DNA of 64,000 nucleotides from Candidatus Woesearchaeota archaeon. Its GTDB lineage: Archaea > Nanobdellota > Nanobdellia > Woesearchaeales > DSVV01. The stretch covers positions 2,662-66,661 of the forward strand of contig JACRPI010000005.1 of NCBI GenBank assembly GCA_016214075.1, written 5' to 3'. Position numbers and translations under genes: made by a program. The notes below the pieces were generated by a model. The model saw only the letters and a list, made by a program, of their open reading frames with translations, was not told where the DNA came from and did no database searches. Below, one piece after another: positions 8,212 through 17,555 of this stretch (within the stretch, counting starts at the first letter, position 1; the number at the start of each line of letters is the position of its first letter).

Positions 8212-9966
8212 ATGGCGGAAAATGTATTCATTGAGCTCAGTATAATCATTTTGATAGCAATAGGATTCGCAGCATTAATGCGACTCCTCCGTCAGCCATT
8301 GATTATTGGCTATATTCTGACTGGTATTGTCGTCAGTCCATATTTCTTGGGTTTATTTAGGAGTTCAGAAGATATTACCACATTTGGGCAAGTAGGCGTT
8401 GCGCTTCTTTTGTTTATGGTGGGTTTGAGTCTAAATCCACAAGTCATACGAGAGGTAGGGAAAGTTTCTATTATTACTGGGGTCGGTCAGTTGTTATTTA
8501 CCGCGATTGCGGGGTTTTTTATCGCAAAATTGTTAGGATTTTCCGTCATTACGGCAGTATACATTGCGGTTGCGTTAACTAATTGCAGCACGATTATTAT
8601 TCTCAAATTAATCTCAGATAAAGGAGAGTTAGATAGATTATACGCGAGGATTACTATTGGCTTTCTGCTTGTTCAGGATTTGATCGCGATTCTGATTCTC
8701 ATGTTTATTTCTTCGTCAGCAGGTGGAGGAACATTTGCGCATATTCTCACAGAAACAGTGGTGAAAGGAGTAGGCGTACTTGCGCTATTATTTGTCGTTG
8801 GCATGTATGTGTTGCCTGCGTTAATAGACCGTGTTGCGAAATCGCAGGAGTTCTTGTTATTGTTTTCCATAGGGTGGTGTCTGCTTCTTGCGGCGTTTTT
8901 GTGGTACCTTAATTTTTCACTTGAAATTGGCGCTTTGCTTGCGGGAGTGACACTTTCGCTTTCTCCATATCGTCATGAAATTAGCGCGAGAATGAAACCC
9001 CTCCGAGATTTTTTTATCATCTTATTTTTCATAATCATTGGGTCACAGATGAATTTTCAGAATGTAACGTACTCATTCTGGAGCATTATTCTTTTCTCTT
9101 TGTTTATCTTGATAGGAAATCCATTGATTCTGATGATAATTATGGGCGCGCTTGGCTACACAAAAAAGACAAGTTTCCTCGTTGGGCTTTCTGTTGCGCA
9201 GGTAAGCGAGTTTACATTTATCATGATTGCGCTTGGTATTAAAGTGGGTCACGTCCCGCAGGAAATAATGTCTCTGGTGACAGTGGTGGGTATGATTACC
9301 ATTGCAGGTTCCACATACATGATCATGTACGCAGATAGATGGTATTGCATCTTCGAGCCATATTTGGGAATATTTGAGAGAAAGGGAAAGAAAATAGATG
9401 GCATAAAAAAGCAAAAGACAAAAGCGTACGATATTATTCTTTTTGGGTACAACAAAATGGGATACGACCTTCTGGATTCATTTAAGAAACTCCGCAAAAA
9501 GTTTTTGATCGTTGACTACGATCCTGATATCGTTCGGCGCTTGACGAATGAAGGATACGATTGTCAGTATGGCGACGCAGAGGATATTGAATTATTAGAA
9601 GATCTTAATGTGGGAAAAACAAAAATGTTAGTTTCAACTATACCAGATCTCCGTGTGAATGAGATTATTATTGCAAAAGCGCGAGAGCAGAATAAAAGTG
9701 CAGTGGTGATTGTTCTTTCTAATCATATTGAAGACGCAATCAGTCTCTATAAATCAGGCGCGACATATGTCGTGATGCCGCACATGGTAAGTGGCGGGCA
9801 TGCCTCTTCGCTTATCAAAAAACATGGAATTGATGTAAAGAAATTTTTCAAAGAGCGTGGAGAGCATCTTAAAGTGCTTCGCGAGCGGCAAAAGAGACAT
9901 AATGTGAGGAAAATTAGCGAGTTATACCATAAATATTTCAAAGGAAAGTTTGGAAAGAAAAAATAA
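8212..9966 (+). CDS. Kef-type K+(cation)/H+ antiporter (CPA2) with C-terminal TrkA-N/RCK domain
   Basis: Polytopic N-terminus typical of the Na+/H+ exchanger family. C-terminal Rossmann segment YDIILFGYNKMGYDLLDSF...VDYDPD. Confidence 0.85.
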   Translation: MAENVFIELSIIILIAIGFAALMRLLRQPLIIGYILTGIVVSPYFLGLFRSSEDITTFGQVGVALLLFMVGLSLNPQVIREVGKVSIITGVGQLLFTAIAGFFIAKLLGFSVITAVYIAVALTNCSTIIILKLISDKGELDRLYARITIGFLLVQDLIAILILMFISSSAGGGTFAHILTETVVKGVGVLALLFVVGMYVLPALIDRVAKSQEFLLLFSIGWCLLLAAFLWYLNFSLEIGALLAGVTLSLSPYRHEISARMKPLRDFFIILFFIIIGSQMNFQNVTYSFWSIILFSLFILIGNPLILMIIMGALGYTKKTSFLVGLSVAQVSEFTFIMIALGIKVGHVPQEIMSLVTVVGMITIAGSTYMIMYADRWYCIFEPYLGIFERKGKKIDGIKKQKTKAYDIILFGYNKMGYDLLDSFKKLRKKFLIVDYDPDIVRRLTNEGYDCQYGDAEDIELLEDLNVGKTKMLVSTIPDLRVNEIIIAKAREQNKSAVVIVLSNHIEDAISLYKSGATYVVMPHMVSGGHASSLIKKHGIDVKKFFKERGEHLKVLRERQKRHNVRKISELYHKYFKGKFGKKK

Positions 9967-9995
9967 TGAGATGCAATTTTTATTGACCAGAGGCA

Positions 9996-10865
9996 TTATT
10001 TGTGTAAGCCTTCTTTGCTTTTCACTTCTTTTCCAGTACCATAAAAAGTGTCTTCAACAACAAGACCAATTTTCTTGAGCATATCGCTTGCGACAAGTCC
10101 AGCATGACCTATTTCCCCTTTGACTACGTCACCGCAAAGACCGTTAATGTATGCGGCGGCGATTGCGCTGTGGAATGGATCTTTTGTTTGTGCGTAAAAG
10201 CCAACAGCTAATCCCGCGAGAATATCACCGGTGCCGCCAACAGTCATTGCAGGGTTGCCTGTTTTGTTGTACGCGACTTTGCCATGGCCGTAAATCATAT
10301 CTACATTCCCTTTGAGAATAATGATGTTGGATCCAATATATTTATTCAACTGAAGTTTTCGAATATGCGTATTCTCAAGAAGCATTTGAAATTCGCGTTT
10401 ATGAGGCGTTAAGATGGAGTTTTTTGTCTCTTTCAAACTGATTGCTTTGATAGCGTCAGCGTCAATAACAAGGGGTTTATTTTTCTTGCTGAGTTCTTTG
10501 ATGACATCAATGCAGAATTGGTGTGATTTTCGTCCAATACCATTGCCAATAAGAACTGCGTCAAAATCTTTTGCGAATTTCACGACAGCGTTGACGTGTT
10601 TTTTGTCAAAATACAAGCAATCAAACTTTTTGGTGATGAGATCAGGCGCAAGTGCGTTTAGCGCCCATGCGACTTTTGTCGGAGCTGCGACAGTGACAAT
10701 ATCAACCCCGCTGCGCAGTGCGGCGATACCTGCGAACGCGACAGCGCCAACGTAATCCTGGCTTCCGCCAATGAGAAGAACTTTGCCAAAATCTCCTTTT
10801 TTTGACGTGGGAAGTCGTTGAGGAAGTTTCAATTTTCGAACATCTTGTCGTGTAATATATTTCAT
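9996..10865 (-). CDS. nnrD: ADP-dependent NAD(P)H-hydrate dehydratase (YjeF C-terminal / carbohydrate-kinase domain)
   Basis: GGTGDILAG motif, VLLIGGSQDYVGA, about 289 aa stand-alone NnrD domain. Confidence 0.85.
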   Translation of the reverse strand: MKYITRQDVRKLKLPQRLPTSKKGDFGKVLLIGGSQDYVGAVAFAGIAALRSGVDIVTVAAPTKVAWALNALAPDLITKKFDCLYFDKKHVNAVVKFAKDFDAVLIGNGIGRKSHQFCIDVIKELSKKNKPLVIDADAIKAISLKETKNSILTPHKREFQMLLENTHIRKLQLNKYIGSNIIILKGNVDMIYGHGKVAYNKTGNPAMTVGGTGDILAGLAVGFYAQTKDPFHSAIAAAYINGLCGDVVKGEIGHAGLVASDMLKKIGLVVEDTFYGTGKEVKSKEGLHK

Positions 10866-10928
10866 ATAAGTCTATTTTGGAATATTGAAATATTTAAGCT
10901 TTTGGATTTGTTCAACTTATTAGAAAAT

Positions 10929-11717
10929 CTACTTCTTGATCTTAACATTCCCTGCAGGCAGCATCCGTATAATTTCATCAATCGTTCCTACTTTAAACTG
11001 CGAACGAAGCGTTTTTGCGAGATCGCTTGGTTTTTGTTCTCCTTGTACAATTTCGACAAAATGTTCTGCGTGCGCTTTGATCGCGGCGTAAGGTCCTGCG
11101 ATAATCCTTCCTTGTTGAACACCAAACGCAAATCGCATGTCATGATCAATATAATGCATTTTTCCTGTGATGACAAACGCGCCGCGTTCAACATATTCTC
11201 CTGCTTTTGCGGTTTTGGTGACTTGTTCTGGAGTGACCCAGCCAACTTTGACGTTGACAAAGCCAAGTTTCCATGCCCTGCTGTATAGCGCAGTCGCAGT
11301 CGCGGTTTCGTTTATCGTGCGTTCAGAAGGTTCTTTTCCTTCAGATTTAATGACAAAGAAGGGGCTTCCTTGTAAATCCGTGTGAAATATGAGATCTTTT
11401 GGAGCAGTGTGTTTCTTGATAACAAGTTCGTTGGTGATTGCGTCTCTGCCGCCGATCACTAGAAAACCATCAGAAGAGTAAAACCAGTGAAATTTTTCAT
11501 ACCATTCTTTTTTTGGGACGTTTTGGACAGCTGTTTTGTGCGCTTCTACTTTTTGTTCTACTTTATGTTGTTCGTGGAGCGCTGTTTGGAGTTTTTGTTT
11601 GCTGATCTCGAGTGCTTTTTTTGCGCCTTCGAGTTTTTTCTTTGCTTTTTTCGCTTTGTCAAAGTAGATGCCAGCGTTTTCGTGAATAGTTTTCGTGAAG
11701 TTGAGGGAAATTTGCAT
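10929..11717 (-). CDS. NFACT-R (DUF814) RNA-binding protein with N-terminal coiled coil (short Rqc2/NEMF/FbpA-family homolog)
   Basis: DLIFHTDLQGSPFFVIK matches the DUF814 core (lwfHa.d.pGShvvl). Lys/Glu-rich coiled-coil N-terminus. Confidence 0.65.
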   Translation of the reverse strand: MQISLNFTKTIHENAGIYFDKAKKAKKKLEGAKKALEISKQKLQTALHEQHKVEQKVEAHKTAVQNVPKKEWYEKFHWFYSSDGFLVIGGRDAITNELVIKKHTAPKDLIFHTDLQGSPFFVIKSEGKEPSERTINETATATALYSRAWKLGFVNVKVGWVTPEQVTKTAKAGEYVERGAFVITGKMHYIDHDMRFAFGVQQGRIIAGPYAAIKAHAEHFVEIVQGEQKPSDLAKTLRSQFKVGTIDEIIRMLPAGNVKIKK

Positions 11718-11737
11718 GAGTAATTTCCATCTTCTTT

Positions 11738-11747
11738 CCTTTATATA
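11738..11747 (+). promoter_or_regulatory. TATA-box-like element (ctttatataatt) about 25 nt upstream of the GC-rich structured island
   Basis: Archaeal TATA consensus-like tttatata; spacing predicts a transcription start near 11768. Confidence 0.4.
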
Positions 11748-11764
11748 ATTAGTGAAAAAGTCTC

Positions 11765-11874
11765 ATCCCGCCGTAGGCGCCGACGCGACGGGGGAAGGCC
11801 CCTCGGGGTGTCGCGTAGGACAAAATTCGAAGAATTTTGTCCGTAGGCCGCCTGCTGCGGCGGGATGGCAAAGT
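11765..11874 (+). ncRNA. Candidate structured ncRNA (~110 nt, GC-rich island) with a 10-bp closing stem and at least two internal hairpins
   Basis: catcccgccg...cggcgggatg perfect terminal pairing. Internal gcgac-[gggg aagg cccc tc gggg]-gtcgc and a perfect ggacaaaattc-gaa-gaattttgtcc hairpin. Local GC far above the ~38% background, followed by a T-rich tract. Confidence 0.4.
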
Positions 11875-11905
11875 ATTAATAACTAAAAGAATTATTTTAT
11901 CCAAC

Positions 11906-12211
11906 ATGGCCAAAGATTACAAAAAAAAACATCAATCGCAAATCGAATCGCGAATTCGTCATCTCTTTAACGAAGCGCATGAAGTGCGAATTTCAGATAC
12001 ATCTTCCGCGTCGAGATATGTTTTTCTCGCGAGAAAGCTTGCGGCAAAGGCAAAAGTTCGAATTCCAAGAGAACTTAAAAGACAGTTCTGCAAAGAGTGT
12101 AATACATTCTTCATCCCAGGAAAGAATTACACAGTGAGAACAACAGGGAAAACAATCAGCTATACTTGTAAAGTTTGCAAGAAAATCACGAGAATAGGAT
12201 ATAAAAAATAA
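11906..12211 (+). CDS. rnp4: RNase P protein component 4 (Rpp21/Rpr2 family)
   Basis: Start taken at MAKDYKKK. ASRYVFLARKLAAKAKVRIPRELKRQFCKECNTFFIPGKNYTVRTT...CKVCKKITR is the Rpp21 signature with a CxxC...CxxC zinc ribbon. Confidence 0.8.
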   Translation: MAKDYKKKHQSQIESRIRHLFNEAHEVRISDTSSASRYVFLARKLAAKAKVRIPRELKRQFCKECNTFFIPGKNYTVRTTGKTISYTCKVCKKITRIGYKK

Positions 12212-12418
12212 ATATCATCTTTCTCAAGCCTTCAGCCCCCTGGCAGCCCGTATCTTAAACATTTCGAAATTCTATCTTTAACTTATTTATGCATATTATA
12301 AACACAAACAGAATTTCGTAATGTGTTAAGAACCACCGCATAAGATTTTGAAAGGTGGTTCTAAACAAAATCGAGAATTGGTATACTCACATTCAATAAG
12401 AGTTCAAGAAAAAAGAAT

Positions 12419-12613
12419 CTATGGTTTGAACATATATTTGAACTCGTTTCGTTTGCCTGTATTTTTGTATTTTACTAATTGACTTTTTCTGAGTTTTTTC
12501 AAACTCATCGTGACTGAGCCAATAGAAACATCAATGCTTTCGCTGATCTGTTTAGAGGTGAACCATTTGTTCTTATTCTCCTTCAAAAAGTTGTAAACTT
12601 CCTGTTGTCCCAT
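12419..12613 (-). CDS. Small winged-helix DNA-binding protein (putative transcriptional regulator)
   Basis: 64 aa; WFTSKQISESIDVSIGSVTMSLKKLRKSQLV is HTH-like. Confidence 0.4.
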   Translation of the reverse strand: MGQQEVYNFLKENKNKWFTSKQISESIDVSIGSVTMSLKKLRKSQLVKYKNTGKRNEFKYMFKP

Positions 12614-12690
12614 ACAGGTACTAGTAATCCAAAGTACTATATAAGTCTTTGGGTAGTTTATTTATAAATGACCCCTCCTTATAAACGCGG

Positions 12691-13341
12691 CTAACCACTG
12701 CCAAAAAGCACAATTTTGAGCACAAGAAGTCCTATCCCAAGGCAAACCATGCCGCCCCAGACAAAGTAATTCCATTTGAAGATTTTCGCGCCATCAAAGT
12801 TCATGAAAGGAATCATATTGAAGATTCCAAGCCAGCTGTTAATCAAAAAACCATATTTTGCGGTTGCGAGCACAAAAGGATGAAGAAATAATGCAGAAAT
12901 CAAAAGAAAAAATAATGCGAAAATATAATTTGTAAGTGGACCGACAGCAGAGATAATTCCATTCTGTCGCGGCGTAATGTGCGGCCCATAAATCATGACA
13001 GCGCCGGGCGCGGCGAATAAGAAGCCCATAAACGAAGAAAACACTGCAAACAATAACATCATATTATCCGCGCGAAATTCTGCCCAGCAATGATAATACT
13101 GCGCGACAAGTTTGTGCATGAGTTCATGCAAAAGAAAGCCAGTTCCAACAGTTGTTGCGGCAATAATAAAAATCAATCCCGTTCCGAGACCGAAAGAAAA
13201 GCCATTCAATAAAATAGTAAACGCAAGACTCACGAAGAACCATGCTTTCAAGAGTTCATGGATTTCAACATCAGAAGTCCTAATTCCCCATATTTTCTTT
13301 TGATGCGGCGCTTGTGCGAAGTACATTGTTCTCTTTCTCAT
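12691..13341 (-). CDS. Site-2-protease-like membrane zinc metalloprotease (M50 family)
   Basis: HELMHK (HExxH) in a TM helix plus downstream NMIPFMNFDG (NxxPxxxxDG), both S2P hallmarks. Multiple TM segments. Confidence 0.65.
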   Translation of the reverse strand: MRKRTMYFAQAPHQKKIWGIRTSDVEIHELLKAWFFVSLAFTILLNGFSFGLGTGLIFIIAATTVGTGFLLHELMHKLVAQYYHCWAEFRADNMMLLFAVFSSFMGFLFAAPGAVMIYGPHITPRQNGIISAVGPLTNYIFALFFLLISALFLHPFVLATAKYGFLINSWLGIFNMIPFMNFDGAKIFKWNYFVWGGMVCLGIGLLVLKIVLFGSG

Positions 13342-13358
13342 GTCAGTCTATTTAAAAG

Positions 13359-13781
13359 TTACTCAAACACAAGAGAATCTCCAATAGCAATCTCCTTTTT
13401 CGCAACAAAGCCCGCGTTCACTTCCAACGCATAGAGTGCAGGTTTTGAGTAATATTTCTCACAATCAGCAACAACACACGGTTCAAAATTCTCCTTAATA
13501 TCAACAATAGTACCAGTACTCTCAACAAAAATAATATCAAGTGGAATCTTTGTATTTTTCATCCAAAACACGCGCTGCTTTTCTTCAGAAAAAACAAACA
13601 ACATGCCAGAATCAGCGGCAAGTTCTGTTCGATACATCAAGCCGATTGCTTGCTCATCAATCGAATCAGCAATCTCAATAATAATAGGAATTTCACTTGT
13701 TACTGTTTTAATGATAACAACATCTTGTGAAGCACAGCTAAGTAAGAAAAAGAAGCAAATGAAGACAAATATTTTTTTCAT
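13359..13781 (-). CDS. DUF192-domain lipoprotein
   Basis: Signal/lipobox FFFLLSCAS; GLMYRTELAADSGMLFVF matches the DUF192 core. Confidence 0.65.
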   Translation of the reverse strand: MKKIFVFICFFFLLSCASQDVVIIKTVTSEIPIIIEIADSIDEQAIGLMYRTELAADSGMLFVFSEEKQRVFWMKNTKIPLDIIFVESTGTIVDIKENFEPCVVADCEKYYSKPALYALEVNAGFVAKKEIAIGDSLVFE

Positions 13782-13914
13782 TACACAACTTGAGGGGTTG
13801 CAGTTCTTATGCTTTACGTTTTCATTCTGTAAACACGCATCATCTTAACATAAACAATCGCTCCACAAAGTCCACATGCACAATTCATCTCTTTTTTATT
13901 AACTTATTTTTGTC

Positions 13915-14072
13915 AAGAACCACCGATCACCGCTCCCTTCGGTCGCTATAGATAGGTGGCATGATCTCGGTGGTTCTTGAGCATGTTACGAATATAGCAC
14001 CTTCAAAAAAACGAAGGTGGACTTGTCCACTGGTTACTAAACCAGTGGTATATTCGAAACATATTAAAATAT
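13915..14072 (+). repeat. Family-A structured repeat, copy A2
   Basis: Near-identical to 7915-8112 apart from the insertion. A third, partial copy of the aagaaccacc...ggtggttct hairpin lies at about 12338-12378. Confidence 0.6.
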
Positions 14073-14197
14073 ATAAAAAAGCATAGGGATTCAGAAGCGA
14101 TAGGGCAAACCAAAAATGATAAGGCGAATCTAAAAGTAATAAAGCGAATAAAGAAGTGAGACAACAACTTTATATATCTCTGCAGCAAAATAACTGT

Positions 14198-14839
14198 ATG
14201 CAAATCATCTTAATAATTTTCATCATTCTCGCGGCAATAATCACAACCCTCTTGCTCCTATGGAAATTCTTCTTCCTCAGAAATCCAACTCCAAATATTC
14301 CAAAGGAAAACAATCTCGTCATAAGCCCAGCAAACGGAAATATCGCGAGAATATACGAATTCAAGAATGAAAAGCAAGCAAAACCAATAATCGCGGAAAA
14401 AGGTTTCTTTGGGAAAATCCCTTTAATCACAAAAGACGTTGCGAAAGAAGGATATATCATTCTTATCCGTTTGCACGTCTATAATGTTCACTGGCAACGC
14501 GCGCCAATTGCGGGAAAAATTACAGAAACAAAATACATTGAAGGAAAATTTCTCAACGCGGTAAAAGATGTCCAAAACATGCAATGCTTTTTTGAGAATG
14601 AAAGAAACGAAATTATAATAAAAGGCAAGATTACCTGTAAAGTCATTCAGATCGCGGGATATCTCGCGAGAAGAATTGAATGCTTTGTCAAACAAGGCGA
14701 TGCAGTAAACGCAGGAGAAATAATTGGACTTATTAATCTAGGAAGCCAAACAGCGCTTATCGTTCCAAAAGTAAAATTAAAAATTAAAGAAGGAGATATA
14801 GTACACGTAGGAGAAACAGTTATTGGTGAAATGAAATGA
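14198..14839 (+). CDS. psd: Archaetidylserine/phosphatidylserine decarboxylase proenzyme (pyruvoyl-dependent, archaeal short form)
   Basis: N-terminal TM, conserved LGSQT self-cleavage-type motif (LINLGSQTALIVP), about 210 aa. Start taken at MQIILIIF, inside the longer ORF. Confidence 0.75.
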   Translation: MQIILIIFIILAAIITTLLLLWKFFFLRNPTPNIPKENNLVISPANGNIARIYEFKNEKQAKPIIAEKGFFGKIPLITKDVAKEGYIILIRLHVYNVHWQRAPIAGKITETKYIEGKFLNAVKDVQNMQCFFENERNEIIIKGKITCKVIQIAGYLARRIECFVKQGDAVNAGEIIGLINLGSQTALIVPKVKLKIKEGDIVHVGETVIGEMK

Positions 14840-15363
14840 AAATGAGAGATATCATCAAAGTTGCGGATTTCTTTACTATTGGAAACCTTCTTTTTGGTAT
14901 GCTCTGTATATTTTACGCAATAAATAGCAAATTCATTTACGCGGCAATTTTCTTGTTCATCGCGATGATTTTTGATTTCCTTGATGGTAAAGTCGCGCGA
15001 ATAAGCAAAAAGATAACTGATCAAGGAAGACATTTTGGAAAAGAATTGGATTCATTGTCCGATGTGGTTTCGTTTGGAGTAGCGCCAGCAATTTTTGGGT
15101 ACACACTCGGTCTCCAAGCATGGTGGGAAATTCTTATTCTCCTCTTCTTCACTACAGCGGGAATGTTGCGATTAAGCAGATTTAATATCACAGAAGGTCA
15201 TGGTTATTTTGAAGGGCTTCCTATTACAGTGAACGGCTTTTTATTTCCTATCTTATTTCTTCTCCATCTCAAAACAGCGTATCACATAGAGTATGTATTG
15301 ATCGCGTATGTCTTCATGGGTTTTGCGATGATGAGTTCGAGAAAAGTGAAGAAGGTCATTTAA
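14836..15363 (+). CDS. pssA: CDP-alcohol phosphatidyltransferase (archaetidylserine synthase-like)
   Basis: DFLDGKVAR...G...LDSLSDVVSFG is the CDP-OH phosphatidyltransferase signature. Start overlaps psd by 4 bp. Confidence 0.8.
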   Translation: MKMRDIIKVADFFTIGNLLFGMLCIFYAINSKFIYAAIFLFIAMIFDFLDGKVARISKKITDQGRHFGKELDSLSDVVSFGVAPAIFGYTLGLQAWWEILILLFFTTAGMLRLSRFNITEGHGYFEGLPITVNGFLFPILFLLHLKTAYHIEYVLIAYVFMGFAMMSSRKVKKVI

Positions 15364-15918
15364 ATGAACCCCACCACGCAATTCCTATTAACCGCGTTCT
15401 ACGTCATCATCCCTGCGGCAATCGCAAACATGATGCCTGTTTTTGTAAGAAGCATTAATTTCCTCAACATTCCAATAGACTTCAACAGAAAATGGTATGA
15501 CAATAAGCCAATCTTCGGAAATCACAAAACATATCGCGGATTTTTCTTTGGCATCCTCGCTGCAATAGTCATCACCTCCATCCAAAGTCTTCTCTATCAA
15601 TATCCGTTTTTCCAACAAATCAGTTTTTTTAATTACAATGAAATCTCTTTCTTTACAGTAGGATTTCTTATAGGATTTGGCGTTTTGTTTGGAGATCTTG
15701 TCAAAAGTTTCATCAAAAGAAGAGTCAACGTCAAGCCAGGAGATAGTTTCTTTCCATGGGATCAACTGGATCTAGTTATTGGCGCAATCGTCTTCATTTC
15801 ATTTATCCAAAGAATTCCGTGGAGCATGATCATATTTTACATCATCGTTGGTCCAACACTGCACGTCTTTTTCAATCATTTAGGTTACTGGTTGAAAATT
15901 AGGGAGACGAAGTGGTAA
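15364..15918 (+). CDS. carS: CDP-archaeol synthase (CarS; DUF46 family)
   Basis: Polytopic protein with GNHKTYRGFFFG (the KTwEG-type CarS motif), 1 bp after the pssA stop. Confidence 0.75.
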   Translation: MNPTTQFLLTAFYVIIPAAIANMMPVFVRSINFLNIPIDFNRKWYDNKPIFGNHKTYRGFFFGILAAIVITSIQSLLYQYPFFQQISFFNYNEISFFTVGFLIGFGVLFGDLVKSFIKRRVNVKPGDSFFPWDQLDLVIGAIVFISFIQRIPWSMIIFYIIVGPTLHVFFNHLGYWLKIRETKW

Positions 15919-15922
15919 TTTA

Positions 15923-17125
15923 CTAAACTGCACACAACTCAGGAAACAACTTCTTATTCTCAACAAGCGCGGAAATTCCAGGCAAAAGAGTTCCCTGTAA
16001 TAACTCAAGAGAAGCGCCGCCACCAGTAGAAACAAGACTCATGTGATGGCTAAAACCAAAATGTTCCACAGCAGCTGCGCTATCGCCGCCGCCAATAATT
16101 TTGACAGCGGAAGACGCGGCGACCATGCCTGCGATATATTTTGTGCCGTGTCCAAATTTTTCAATTTCATACGCGCCAACAGGTCCAGCCCAGACAATCG
16201 TTGCGGCATGCTTCAGTGTTTCCGTATATCGTCGTAGTGTTTCAGGACCCAAATCAATTGCCATCCAATCAAAAGGAATCGCGTCAACAGAAACTACTTT
16301 GATAGAAGCGTCTGCGCCAAATTTGTCAGCCACAACAACATCAACAGGAAGCAAAAATCGTTCATCTTTTTCTTTCAAAAGTTCCGTTGCGAGAGGAAGT
16401 GATTCTTCGTCAAACGCGGATGCGCCAATATTTTTGCCAGCTGCTTTCAGAAATGTGTTTGCTAATTTCCCGCCAATCAGCAAATGATCAAGATGCGGCA
16501 GTAAATTATGAATCACGCCAATTTTGTCTGCTTTTGCGCCGCCGATAATCGTGACAAATGGTTTTCGCGCGTGCTTCACAAGTGTTCCTAATCCTTCAAG
16601 TTCTTTTTGCAAAACAAAACCAGAACAGGCAGGAATAAACTGCGCAATTTGCGTGACAGACGCGTTTGCTCTATGGCAAACACCGAACGCGTCCTGCACA
16701 AAAAAATCTGCGAGAGTAGCAAGCTGCCGAGCAAAATCATTATTATTCTCTCCTTCTTCTTTGTAGAAACGAACATTCTCGAGCATAAGCACATCGCCTG
16801 GCTTCATAGAATAAACTTCTTTTTTAACTGCGTCGCCGATGCATTCATCCAACTTCTTAATATACATTCCAAGAAGTTGACTCAGGCGGTGCGCAATCCC
16901 GTCTGTCTGAAGTTTTAGTTCTCGTCCTTTTGGTCTGCCGATATGCGTCAATAAGATGATCATTGCGCCTTGTTGCCTGAGATATTTGATGGTCGGCAAT
17001 GTTTCACGAATCCGTTTATCATTAGTCACATCGCCGTGCTCATTCATCGGCACATTAAAGTCGACTCTCACGAGAACTCGTTTCTGTTGAAAATCGCAGT
17101 CGTAAAGTGTTCGAAAGTTGTACAA
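15923..17125 (-). CDS. pgk: Phosphoglycerate kinase
   Basis: 400 aa; RVDFNVP, hinge and C-terminal nucleotide-binding motifs typical of PGK. Confidence 0.9.
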   Translation of the reverse strand: MYNFRTLYDCDFQQKRVLVRVDFNVPMNEHGDVTNDKRIRETLPTIKYLRQQGAMIILLTHIGRPKGRELKLQTDGIAHRLSQLLGMYIKKLDECIGDAVKKEVYSMKPGDVLMLENVRFYKEEGENNNDFARQLATLADFFVQDAFGVCHRANASVTQIAQFIPACSGFVLQKELEGLGTLVKHARKPFVTIIGGAKADKIGVIHNLLPHLDHLLIGGKLANTFLKAAGKNIGASAFDEESLPLATELLKEKDERFLLPVDVVVADKFGADASIKVVSVDAIPFDWMAIDLGPETLRRYTETLKHAATIVWAGPVGAYEIEKFGHGTKYIAGMVAASSAVKIIGGGDSAAAVEHFGFSHHMSLVSTGGGASLELLQGTLLPGISALVENKKLFPELCAV

Positions 17126-17282
17126 AACTCATCCCTCAAGAAGATCATACAAAGTGTGATGTTTTTAAAGGTTGTGAAAGCATACTTGTAATGCGTAACT
17201 ACTCTAAAGTACTAACAAAACCAAAAACTATATAAATAAGTGCCTTCACTACTATTGCTAAGTAACACATTAGGGGACGATG

Positions 17283-17555
17283 ATGACAGAGACGACGACA
17301 CAAGAAAAAGCACCAATTCCAGCAGCAGATATTGCTATGATTGTGCAAAACGCGGTGAAGGAAAAAGTTCCTCAAAATGCGGTTATTATTGAGGCAAAAC
17401 CTCTTCTCGCTCGTGATTATGTTGATCCAGTTGATGAGCAATACAAGCTCGAGAGAAAGAACAAAATAGGAACTATAGAGCACAGAGAATCCGCTGAAGG
17501 AATCGGATCCTTACATGCGTTTTTCCTAAGCGCTGGCGACATGCCAGAACTATAG
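17283..17555 (+). CDS. Small hypothetical protein
   Basis: 90 aa ORF preceded by aggggacg (RBS-like), in an otherwise gene-free gap. Confidence 0.3.
   Translation: MTETTTQEKAPIPAADIAMIVQNAVKEKVPQNAVIIEAKPLLARDYVDPVDEQYKLERKNKIGTIEHRESAEGIGSLHAFFLSAGDMPEL

Noticed and set aside
11765-11874. Calling the GC-rich island 5S rRNA or RNase P RNA
   Set aside because: The topology (terminal helix plus two arms) is compatible with 5S-like RNAs, but I could not place the conserved 5S loop C/E sequences. The region is far too short for any RNase P RNA. Left as an unclassified ncRNA candidate.
11837-11905. N-terminal extension of the Rpp21 ORF (MSVGRLLRRDGKVL...)
   Set aside because: These codons read through the 3' strand of the GC-rich structured element. 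The conserved Rpp21 sequence begins at MAKDYKKK (11906), so the extension is probably not translated.
16101-16918. Plus-strand ORFs inside pgk
   Set aside because: Antisense to a high-confidence phosphoglycerate kinase.
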